From: a bacterium
GTDB taxonomy: Bacteria > CLD3 > SB21
Length of the DNA: 40,717 nucleotides
Direction: 5' to 3'
Assembly (NCBI GenBank): GCA_013359335.1
Contig: JABWBZ010000002.1
Span: 1-40,717 of the forward strand
Part shown: in pieces, positions 27,550-36,991 of the stretch
Layout: each line of letters opens with the position of its first letter
How positions within the stretch are numbered: the first letter of the stretch is position 1
Notes under the pieces: model-generated
What the model was told of the DNA's origin: nothing
The model's database searches: none
Seen by the model: the letters and a program-made list of their open reading frames with translations, nothing else
Program-made: the position numbers and the translations under genes

Positions 27550-27690
27550 GCACTATCCTTTTCATATTTATGAACAATGTATAAAAAGAAGCCGATAAAA
27601 TACAAATAAAAACATAGAACAAGGATGAAACGGATGATACTGATTGAACGCTGATTTTTATCTGTAAAAATCATGTTTTAAAATGTATAG

Positions 27691-29100
27691 CTATTTATTC
27701 TTAATCAGAAAATTTAACTGGGAAATTGCGTAATTCCTTAGAATTTGATAGTCTTTGGCATTCTCTGTAGCATCTATAAAGGCTTGATAATCAATAATCG
27801 CTTGGTTTTTATCGAGAAAACGATCATTCAAAAAAGCCACGGCAAATTTGATCTGATGCTTTTCCGGATGGAGTTCTACAATTCCTAACAAAAAAGAAAT
27901 GACACTATAAATAACGTTATTTTCATATTCCCAGCGACACAATTTAATGTAATCTTTCACTGCGGCAGCATAGTCTCCTTTCCACAAATTCAAAAAAGCA
28001 GATGAGAAAAACGGAATCATATCGTTCTTAAAAGTTTTTTTTGCATCGTTAATGATTCGTTCCGCTTCAATAATATTTCCAAAATGAAAATTTATAATCG
28101 AATATTGAAGGTAATAGATAAGTGGTAATGTATCCAATTGTTCCATTTTTTTTAAGAGCATTAGACATTTCCGCGCTTCATCATTAAGTCGTGGATTTGT
28201 AATATTATTCATCAAGCTTTTGCTATATAGAAAATATAGTCTTTCTGAATAAACTAAACTTAAGAATCTATTTATTGAACTTTGAAAACTGCTTAACCTT
28301 GAATCAGTCTTTGTTTTAACTTTAATCGTATGAAATAAATGTTCAAACAGCTCCTCTGAGCCGTTTAGGTCATTATCTAAGTACATGGCGATCGCAATAA
28401 AGAAACATGATACTTCAGAAAGATTGTCGATTACTACTGATTTTTCAATAAAGCTATTTTTTTCTGATATAAAAAATCGCCTGTCTTCAAATGCTGATCT
28501 AAAATCATTATCGAGAATTTTGGCTTCATCTTCATTAATTGCGCGGTGTTTTACAGTAAACGAAATTTTCTTAAAACCGGAAGCCTCCTCTCCATTGATC
28601 ATGCCTTTCTCGATTTCACCATGAATTGCAAGTCTAGCACCTGTAGTAGCCAATTTCTCCACTGCGTCTCGAGGATTCAATATCGTCTGATTTTGAGGCA
28701 GAATATATGGGACGATTCGATTAGATAATCCCCTTTTTTTGAGATCATTACAAAAATTTTCATATAGTTTATGAATTAAATCAGTGCATTCTTCATCCGA
28801 ATGAGGTGAAAAATATATTGTAGTTTTCATGGAATGTGATGATGGAAGCAATCTCCAATAAAGCCAAAAGCAAAATAATAAGAGATGGCAAATTGCTGTA
28901 CAAAAAATATAAATAAGAACATAACTTCGAAAATCTTTACTAGATACTAATTCTGATTCTTTTAAAATAAAAAAAATAGGTGTAAATAATACACTCAAGA
29001 ATAAAATTAGGCTGATCCAAAACCATATTAAACCTTTTAAGGTACTACGTTGCGGCCAAATTTTTTTTATTTCATTAATAAATTCTAGCGGAGAGCGCAT
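27691..29100 (-). CDS. Hypothetical membrane protein: 2 N-terminal TM helices + alpha/beta module + TPR-like helical repeats
   Basis: 469-aa uninterrupted ORF in very AT-rich DNA. TM1 ~res 23-46 and TM2 ~res 59-82. Then a beta-alpha-beta pattern (TTIYFSPHSDEECTDLIHKLYENFCNDLKKRG...RIVPYILP...). The C-terminal ~200 aa are helical-repeat-like (GNIIEAERIINDAKK, GDYAAAVKDYIKL). No family recognised. Confidence 0.7.
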   Translation of the reverse strand: MRSPLEFINEIKKIWPQRSTLKGLIWFWISLILFLSVLFTPIFFILKESELVSSKDFRSYVLIYIFCTAICHLLLFCFWLYWRLLPSSHSMKTTIYFSPHSDEECTDLIHKLYENFCNDLKKRGLSNRIVPYILPQNQTILNPRDAVEKLATTGARLAIHGEIEKGMINGEEASGFKKISFTVKHRAINEDEAKILDNDFRSAFEDRRFFISEKNSFIEKSVVIDNLSEVSCFFIAIAMYLDNDLNGSEELFEHLFHTIKVKTKTDSRLSSFQSSINRFLSLVYSERLYFLYSKSLMNNITNPRLNDEARKCLMLLKKMEQLDTLPLIYYLQYSIINFHFGNIIEAERIINDAKKTFKNDMIPFFSSAFLNLWKGDYAAAVKDYIKLCRWEYENNVIYSVISFLLGIVELHPEKHQIKFAVAFLNDRFLDKNQAIIDYQAFIDATENAKDYQILRNYAISQLNFLIKNK

Positions 29101-29114
29101 AATAACTTCTTAAA

Positions 29115-29154
29115 GTTAAAAAAGCACAGAAGATCCTAAGAATCTTCTGTGCTT
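29115..29154 (-). terminator. Rho-independent terminator after nrdJ
   Basis: 11-bp perfect stem gcacagaagat (29123-29133) / atcttctgtgc (29141-29151), extendable by A-U pairs, with a 7-nt loop. The minus strand is followed by a U-run (complement of the A-run at 29117-29122). Confidence 0.75.
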
Positions 29155-29187
29155 TACATCAAAAATAGCATCTAATTTGGATAGAAT

Positions 29188-32100
29188 TTACGAGCAGCCC
29201 ATACTGTTGCCGCAGTTGAGGCACTTGTAGCAGGCGCCGTTGCGGACGGTCATGTGGCCGCACACGTCGCACGCCGGGGCGTCGCCCATCATTTCGCTGA
29301 GTTGTTTCTCCATCTGGTTAGCGCCAATTTCTTTCGAAGCCGTTGGCGTTTCCGTCGCAGCCGAGGCGATGGGTTTGACTTCCTGTTTCTGCGCAGGCGC
29401 TTCATTGTCTAATGTCGGCGGCACGTGCACGAAATCCATCCGTCCTAAATACTCCATGCCGAGCACGCGGAAAATGAAATCCAGGATCGACGTCGCATTC
29501 TTGATATTCGGGTGATCGGTGAATCCGCTCGGCTCGAAGCGCGTGAAGGTGAATTTCTCGACGAATTTCTCCAGCGGCACGCCGTATTGTAATCCCATCG
29601 ACACCGCGACGGCAAAACAGTTTAACAAGCTGCGGTAAGCGGCGCCTTCTTTGAACATATCGATGAAGATTTCGCCAAGCTGGCCGTCTTCGTATTCGCC
29701 CGTGCGGAAATAAATTTTATGGCCGCCGAGCGACACTTCCTGCGTGAAGCCGTGGCGTTTGTGCGGAATCGGTTTTTTCTGGCCGCGGCGCAGTTCCTTG
29801 CTCGCTTTCGCGATCGCATCGGCGACCGCTTTATCAAGCTGTTCCTGCGTGATCGACGAGCCGTCCGTAGTTGTTTCCGAGGAAATAGCTTTGCTCGTCA
29901 AAGGCTGCGAGAATTTCGATCCGTCGCGATACAAAGCAATCGCTTTGAGGCCGAGTTTCCACGCTTCAAAATAAATTTTTTCGATGTCTTTGACGGTGGC
30001 TTCGGTGGGAATGTTTACCGTTTTGGAAATCGCGCCGGAGAGGAACGGCTGCACGGCGGACATCATTTTCACGTGTCCCATCGGATCGATGAAACGTTTG
30101 CCGATACCGCATTTATTGGCGCAATCGAATACCGCGAGATGTTCTTCTTTGAGCAAATGCGTGCCTTCGACCGTCTGCGCTCCGCCGATATAAATCACCG
30201 CGCGGGAAATTTGCTCGCCTGAAAGCCCGCGGGCTTTGAGCGTTTTGATATTGACGTGCGGCGTCCATTCATCGAGCGATTTGTTTTTGTTGACGTATTC
30301 CTCCGCTTCGCCAATTTCTTTTTCCGTGAAACCCAATTGCTTGAGTTGATCCGGGTTCACGTATGGCGCGCCGTTGAACGTGCCATGGCCGAGGATATAT
30401 TTGATGATGCCGTCGATTTCGTCAGAGGAATAGCCTAATTTACGCAGCGATTGCGGGATCGAGTTGTTGACGATCTTGAAATAGCCGCCGCCGGCTAATT
30501 TTTTCCATTTCACGAGTGAAAATTCAGGCTCGACGCCTGTGGTATCGCAATCCATGAGAAGCCCGATCGTGCCGGTCGGCGCAAGCACCGTCGCCTGCGC
30601 GTTGCGGTAACCGTATTTTTCGCCGAGCGCCACGCAGGCATCCCAATCTTCCCGGGCCGCTTTGATCAGATCGTCGGGACAGAAATCGGGACTGATTTTA
30701 TAAGCGGCGTCGCGGTGTTTATTCATCACGCGCAACATCGGTTTTTCGTTTTTCTTATATCCGGGAAATGGGCCTTTGACGGCAGCGACTTCAGCCGAAC
30801 CGCTGTATGCGGCGGCGTGCATGATCGCCGTGATCGCGCCCGACATCGCGCGGCCTTCTTCGGAATCGTACGGTAGGCCGTTGACCATCAGGAGCGTGCC
30901 GAGATTGGCGTAGCCCAAACCGAGCGGACGATAATCGTGGCTGTTTTGCGCGATTTGCTGCGTCGGGTAGGACGACATGTCGACGAGAATTTCCTGCGCA
31001 ATAATAAAAATCCGGCAGGCTTCGCGATATCCTTCAATGTCGAACTGACCGTTTTCGTCGGCCAGCTTCATCAAATTGATCGACGCGAGATTACATGCGC
31101 TGTCGTCGAGGAACATGTATTCCGAGCAGGGATTGGATGCATGAATTTTATCTGTCTTCGGGCACGTGTGCCAGTCATTGATCGTGTCGTCGAATTGCAC
31201 GCCCGGATCGGCGCACGCCCATGCTGCGAAGGCAACTTGCTCGTATAATTCACGCGCTTTGTAAGTATCGACGACATCGCCGGTCGTGCGCGCAGTCGTT
31301 TGCCATTCGCCGTCTTCAAGCACGGCGTTCATAAATTTATCGGAAACGCGGACGGAGTTGTTGGAATTCTGGCCGGAAACGGTTTGGTAAGCTTCGCCGT
31401 TGAAATCAGAATCATAGCCGGCATCCATCAACGCTTTGACTTTTTTCTCTTCTTTTACTTTCCAATTGATGAAATCTTCGATTTCCGGATGATCCATGTC
31501 GAGGCAAACCATTTTCGCCGCACGGCGCGTGGTTCCGCCGGATTTAGTAGCGCCGGCGCCGCGGTCCAAAACCGCGAGAAACGACATCAGACCGGACGAC
31601 GTGCCGCCGCCGGAAAGTTTTTCCTGTTTACCGCGGAGCGCCGAAAAATTACTGCCCGTGCCGGAACCGTATTTGAAAAGTTTTGCTTCGTTTTTGGCTA
31701 ATTCAAAAATGCCCATCAGATCGTCGCCGACCGATTGGATGAAACAGGCCGAGCATTGCGGCTTCGAGTACGAATCGACGGTTTGTTCAATCATTTGTTT
31801 TTTCATATCCCAGTAGAAATTGCCGCCGGATCCTTTGATACCGTATTCGTGTGACAGGCCGCAGTTGAACCAAACCGGCGAATTGAACGCGCCCATTTGA
31901 TTGACTAATAGATGTGTGAGTTCCATCTCGAATACTTCGGCGTCTTTGGAGGAGTCGAAATAGCCCATCGCTTCGCCTTCCGTACGGATGGTATGCGCGA
32001 CGCGGTACACGAGTTGGCGTACACTGGTTTCATGCCCGGTTCCCGGAACGCCCGCTTTACGAAAATACTTGGACGCGGCAATGTCGGTAGCCAATTGCGA

Positions 32101-32346
32101 CCAGGATTTAGGAAATTCAAGGTCTTTCATTTCGAAAACAACCGTTCCGTCCGGCTCGGTAATCACGCTGCTGCGTTTTTCCCATTCGATTCGGTCAAAG
32201 GGATGCACACTTTCCGTCGTAAAATAACGGCGCATGCGCAATCCTTTGGCCCCATCATAGGCAATACCGTTGATGGTCTGAGTCGCCACTTTTTTGGGAG
32301 ACGATTTGGTCTCCACAACCTGAGCATCTGCATTTTTGACTGCCAT
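29188..32346 (-). CDS. nrdJ: Adenosylcobalamin-dependent (class II) ribonucleotide reductase
   Basis: About 1052 aa. Active-site NPCSEYMF, TGTIGLLMDCDTTGVEPEF, SGAISKTVNIP, and a C-terminal Cys-rich tail CDVCGHMTVRNGACYKCLNCGNSMGCS. The track start at 32352 is a TTG, so the ATG at 32346 (MAVKNAD...) is preferred. Confidence 0.95.
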   Translation of the reverse strand: MAVKNADAQVVETKSSPKKVATQTINGIAYDGAKGLRMRRYFTTESVHPFDRIEWEKRSSVITEPDGTVVFEMKDLEFPKSWSQLATDIAASKYFRKAGVPGTGHETSVRQLVYRVAHTIRTEGEAMGYFDSSKDAEVFEMELTHLLVNQMGAFNSPVWFNCGLSHEYGIKGSGGNFYWDMKKQMIEQTVDSYSKPQCSACFIQSVGDDLMGIFELAKNEAKLFKYGSGTGSNFSALRGKQEKLSGGGTSSGLMSFLAVLDRGAGATKSGGTTRRAAKMVCLDMDHPEIEDFINWKVKEEKKVKALMDAGYDSDFNGEAYQTVSGQNSNNSVRVSDKFMNAVLEDGEWQTTARTTGDVVDTYKARELYEQVAFAAWACADPGVQFDDTINDWHTCPKTDKIHASNPCSEYMFLDDSACNLASINLMKLADENGQFDIEGYREACRIFIIAQEILVDMSSYPTQQIAQNSHDYRPLGLGYANLGTLLMVNGLPYDSEEGRAMSGAITAIMHAAAYSGSAEVAAVKGPFPGYKKNEKPMLRVMNKHRDAAYKISPDFCPDDLIKAAREDWDACVALGEKYGYRNAQATVLAPTGTIGLLMDCDTTGVEPEFSLVKWKKLAGGGYFKIVNNSIPQSLRKLGYSSDEIDGIIKYILGHGTFNGAPYVNPDQLKQLGFTEKEIGEAEEYVNKNKSLDEWTPHVNIKTLKARGLSGEQISRAVIYIGGAQTVEGTHLLKEEHLAVFDCANKCGIGKRFIDPMGHVKMMSAVQPFLSGAISKTVNIPTEATVKDIEKIYFEAWKLGLKAIALYRDGSKFSQPLTSKAISSETTTDGSSITQEQLDKAVADAIAKASKELRRGQKKPIPHKRHGFTQEVSLGGHKIYFRTGEYEDGQLGEIFIDMFKEGAAYRSLLNCFAVAVSMGLQYGVPLEKFVEKFTFTRFEPSGFTDHPNIKNATSILDFIFRVLGMEYLGRMDFVHVPPTLDNEAPAQKQEVKPIASAATETPTASKEIGANQMEKQLSEMMGDAPACDVCGHMTVRNGACYKCLNCGNSMGCS

Positions 32347-32929
32347 GATCAAGAATCCTTAACGTTTAGATTGGTTATATAGGTATATAAAATCGAACAC
32401 TATAAATTCAAAATAAGTGAAAAACCTATCGTTCAGAAATGATGTCATTTCCGACTTCCGTCTTGGCCAAAAAATTTCAAAAATTAATTTTTTTAAAAAC
32501 GCACCGGACTAGGTCATGCATCCGACACGTTTCCGGTATGGAGAAAACATCCTTTTTGATGTCAAATTCAGGATTGTTTCCAATTCTGAAATGCTCTCTC
32601 AACAGGGGTAGCTGCATTATAAAGAACGACCTTTTTAAACGCAAGAACAATTTATAAACCAACATTAATCCACAATTTATTAACATTTTTAATGTAAAAA
32701 AATCAATATCTTAAAATCAAACAAAAAAGTTATCAACATAAAAAAGCTGTTCACAAATTATAAACTCGTACATGTTGAAAAAATTGCAGTTTTTTGTGAT
32801 TTTTTCCTATAAAATCTAAAAGAAGAATAAAAACGGACAAAAACCGTCAATGACAGAAATTTTTAAGTAGTAGACCAAGTCGATTGATAATTTTTTATGA
32901 TTTGTTCTCTCAAAAATATAAAAATCCTA

Positions 32930-32957
32930 ATTCGTGGCATTCGTGACAATTCGTGGC
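32930..32957. repeat. Three tandem ATTCGTGRC units (9-10 bp period) upstream of sdhC
   Basis: attcgtggc (32930-32938), attcgtgac (32939-32947) and attcgtggc (32949-32957). About 160 bp upstream of the sdhC ATG. Confidence 0.7.
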
Positions 32958-33050
32958 TGAATCTAAAAAACCTTGCATTTTTTAACGCATTCAATTAATT
33001 TCCTTGCCGTTCTGACACACAACGGCATCGCCGGTAAAAAACTCTCCTTT

Positions 33051-33058
33051 TATTTTTG
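33051..33058 (+). promoter_or_regulatory. Possible -7-type promoter element (TAnnTTTG-like) for sdhCAB
   Basis: tatttttg lies ~60 nt upstream of the sdhC ATG and matches the Bacteroidota-type -7 consensus TAnnTTTG. No convincing -33 TTTG partner was seen, and the taxon is uncertain. Confidence 0.2.
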
Positions 33059-33118
33059 TTTCTCACACAGAATATTGAAAATTTGAAGTAACTCACTTTT
33101 AATCACGGAGCCTCTGTC

Positions 33119-33796
33119 ATGGTTTCTTTTTTTTCAATGGTATGGTCGTCCGTCGGTAAGAAGATAATGACCGGTCTCACCGGCGTTGGTTTGTGCCTGT
33201 TTATCATCGGGCATTTGGCGGGCAATTTCAGTCTTCTTGTCAGCGCGGAAGCCTTTAATCTTTACACGTACAAACTTTTCAGCCTCGGCGGGCTTTTGTA
33301 TGTGATTGAGGCGTTGCTCACGCTGGCATTTGTACTCCATGCGATCGTCGGCATCAGCATCTATCTTAAAAAACGTAAAGCGCGCCCGATCGATTACATT
33401 AAAGTTGCCAACGCCGGCGGTAACAGCCACAAATCCATCTCATCCGTGTCGATGATCTGGACTGGACTGATCCTTCTGGTATTTCTAGTGCTGCATCTCA
33501 AGACGTTCAAATTCGGCCCGTATTATGAAACGAGCATCAACGGCATAATCATGCGCGACTTGTATCGTCTGGTCATCGAGGTGTATCAACAGCCGTCGTA
33601 CGTGATCAGCTATACTGTCATTATGATCCTGCTTGGAGTGCATCTTCGTCATGGTTTCTGGAGCGCTTTTCAATCGCTTGGCGTCAATCATCCGAGATAT
33701 TCGCCAGTCATTTACGGTTTCGGTATTTTTTTCGCCTTGGTAATGGCCGCTGGATTTATACTGATTCCGATCTGGATTTATTTTACCAAACAATGA
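33119..33796 (+). CDS. sdhC: Succinate dehydrogenase/fumarate reductase cytochrome b subunit (b558 family)
   Basis: 225 aa with 5 TM helices and conserved His residues in the TM helices (IIGHLAGN, FVLHAIVG, VLHLKT, GVHLRHGF). Immediately upstream of sdhA and sdhB. SD ggag lies 8 nt before the ATG. Confidence 0.8.
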   Translation: MVSFFSMVWSSVGKKIMTGLTGVGLCLFIIGHLAGNFSLLVSAEAFNLYTYKLFSLGGLLYVIEALLTLAFVLHAIVGISIYLKKRKARPIDYIKVANAGGNSHKSISSVSMIWTGLILLVFLVLHLKTFKFGPYYETSINGIIMRDLYRLVIEVYQQPSYVISYTVIMILLGVHLRHGFWSAFQSLGVNHPRYSPVIYGFGIFFALVMAAGFILIPIWIYFTKQ

Positions 33797-33868
33797 ACAA
33801 TGATTAATGAACAATGAGTAATAAAATTTTCATTGGCAATGTTCATTGTTCATTATTCATTGTTCATT
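33792..33868. repeat. Large imperfect inverted repeat built from AATGAACAATGA 12-mers in the sdhC-sdhA spacer
   Basis: The left arm aatgaacaatgattaatgaacaatg (33792-33816) pairs with the right arm cattgttcattattcattgttcatt (33844-33868) at 24 of 25 positions. Each arm contains the 12-mer twice. The left arm overlaps the sdhC stop codon (33794-33796). Confidence 0.85.
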
Positions 33869-33888
33869 AAAAATCAGGAGATTTTTCA

Positions 33889-35802
<1,914 letters not shown>

Positions 35803-35851
35803 TATTTAAACTCCGTTCGCCGCGGCGGACGAATAAATGGCAAGAGGAATT

Positions 35852-36607
35852 ATGGAAAAGAAAAATATGACCCTCCATCTTCGCGTTTGGCGCCAAAAAA
35901 ACGCATCGGCCAAGGGCAAGATGGTGGATTATACGGTCAACGACGTCTCTCAGGATATGTCGTTTCTGGAATTGCTCGACGTGCTCAATGAAAACCTCAT
36001 CAAAAAAGGCGAAGATCCGGTCGAATTCGACAACGATTGCCGCGAAGGCATTTGCGGCATGTGCAGCATGGTGATCAATGGCATCGCCCACGGTCCTGAA
36101 AAAGGAACAGCTACGTGTCAATTGCACATGCGTAAATTCAAAGACGGCGACACGATCACCGTCGAGCCATGGCGCGGAACGGCATTTCCTCCGATTAAAG
36201 ACTTGGTCGTCGACCGAAGCGCGTTCGACCAGATCATGGCTGCCGGTGGATACACATCTTGCCGCGTCGGCGCGGCGGCGGACGCCAACGCCATCCTCGT
36301 TCCGAAGGACATGGCCGAAAAAGCCATGGACGCGGCCGCCTGTATCGGCTGCGGCGCCTGCGTGGCCGCTTGCCCCAACGGCTCCGCTTCTTTATTCGTA
36401 GCGGCCAAAGTAACGCAATTTGCTTTCCTTCCGCAAGGCCACGCCGAACGAAAGCAGCGCGTGTTGAATATGGTGCATAAAATGGACGAACTCGGATTCG
36501 GCGACTGTTCCAATCACGGCGAATGCGAAGCCGTTTGCCCGAAAGAAATTTCAATCAAACACATCGCCGTTATGCGCCGGGAATATTTCAAAGCCGCGAT
36601 CAGCTGA
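35852..36607 (+). CDS. sdhB: Succinate dehydrogenase/fumarate reductase iron-sulfur subunit
   Basis: Cys clusters CREGICGMC (2Fe-2S), [12 protein letters not shown] (4Fe-4S) and [12 protein letters not shown] (3Fe-4S). The track start is 35837. The ATG at 35852 has a better SD (agagga), and the resulting N-terminus [15 protein letters not shown] looks typical. Confidence 0.9.
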   Translation: MEKKNMTLHLRVWRQKNASAKGKMVDYTVNDVSQDMSFLELLDVLNENLIKKGEDPVEFDNDCREGICGMCSMVINGIAHGPEKGTATCQLHMRKFKDGDTITVEPWRGTAFPPIKDLVVDRSAFDQIMAAGGYTSCRVGAAADANAILVPKDMAEKAMDAAACIGCGACVAACPNGSASLFVAAKVTQFAFLPQGHAERKQRVLNMVHKMDELGFGDCSNHGECEAVCPKEISIKHIAVMRREYFKAAIS

Positions 36608-36630
36608 TGGATTTGAAAATGAGTAAGACA

Positions 36631-36670
36631 AAAAGACGAACGATGGTTTCATCGTTCGTCTTTTTTATTT
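36631..36670 (+). terminator. Rho-independent terminator after sdhCAB
   Basis: 11-bp perfect stem gacgaacgatg (36635-36645) / catcgttcgtc (36650-36660), extendable by aaaa/tttt, with a 4-nt loop. Followed by ttttttattt. Confidence 0.85.
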
Positions 36671-36739
36671 GCAAAAAAACATTGCTTTTGAAGAACCCAT
36701 ACGTTACTTTGTATTACAAATTGTAATACAAGGATTTTT

Positions 36740-36991
36740 ATGTCAACCACCATTCGCTTGTCAAAAGAAACTGAGAAAAAAATCTCGGAGCTTGCGGAAA
36801 AGGAAAACCTTACTAAATCAGACATTATCAAGAACGCTCTGGATCAATTCCTCAATAAATATTATGCTCCACCGTCTCCTTATGAACTCGGAATGGAGTA
36901 TTTCGATCAATACGGCAGTGGACGGACGGATCTTTCACGCAATCGAAAAAAAATCCTGAAAGAAAAACTCCGTGCAAAAAACACTCATTGA
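36740..36991 (+). CDS. vapB: Ribbon-helix-helix (CopG-like) antitoxin
   Basis: 83 aa. The N-terminal TIRLSKETEKKISELAEKENLTKSDIIKNALDQFL is a typical RHH fold pattern. Overlaps the downstream PIN gene by 20 nt. Confidence 0.75.
   Translation: MSTTIRLSKETEKKISELAEKENLTKSDIIKNALDQFLNKYYAPPSPYELGMEYFDQYGSGRTDLSRNRKKILKEKLRAKNTH

Noticed and set aside
27016-27672. Integron attC sites flanking the TA cassette.
   Set aside because: The flanking palindromes do not match the R''/R' core consensus (RYYYAAC / GTTRRRY), since GTTCTAT fails the RRR positions. No intI gene or attI site is present.
29188-32346. Possible intein in the long class II RNR.
   Set aside because: The conserved RNR motifs (NPCSEYMF, TGTIGLLMDCDTTGVEPEF, SGAISKTVNIP) follow each other at plausible spacing. 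No Cys/Ser...HN-Cys splice-junction blocks or homing-endonuclease-like insert were seen. The ~1050-aa length is normal for this NrdJ type.
32396-32684. NrdR-box-like sequences upstream of nrdJ: acactataaattcaaa at ~32396 and ccacaatttattaaca at ~32669.
   Set aside because: Only the left half-sites match the acaCwAtATaTwGtgt consensus (about 10-11 of 16 positions). The two sites are ~270 bp apart rather than the usual tandem ~31-bp spacing. This is not convincing without a PWM scan.
32439-32686. Two mutually overlapping ORFs (72 aa on + and 69 aa on -) in the nrdJ-sdhC spacer as possible small proteins.
   Set aside because: They overlap on opposite strands in AT-rich DNA, lack an SD or a good start context, and their sequences show no motifs. 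They are more likely chance ORFs. The region is kept only as a non-coding finding.
32347-32700. Cobalamin riboswitch in the nrdJ leader.
   Set aside because: I could not find a B12-box or the conserved GGGAA/GGTG...CCCGC core by eye. In addition, B12 riboswitches usually control B12-independent RNRs rather than nrdJ.
32930-33868. Short tandem or inverted repeats as a CRISPR array.
   Set aside because: The units are only 9-14 bp, with no unique spacers of CRISPR length between them and no cas genes in the window.
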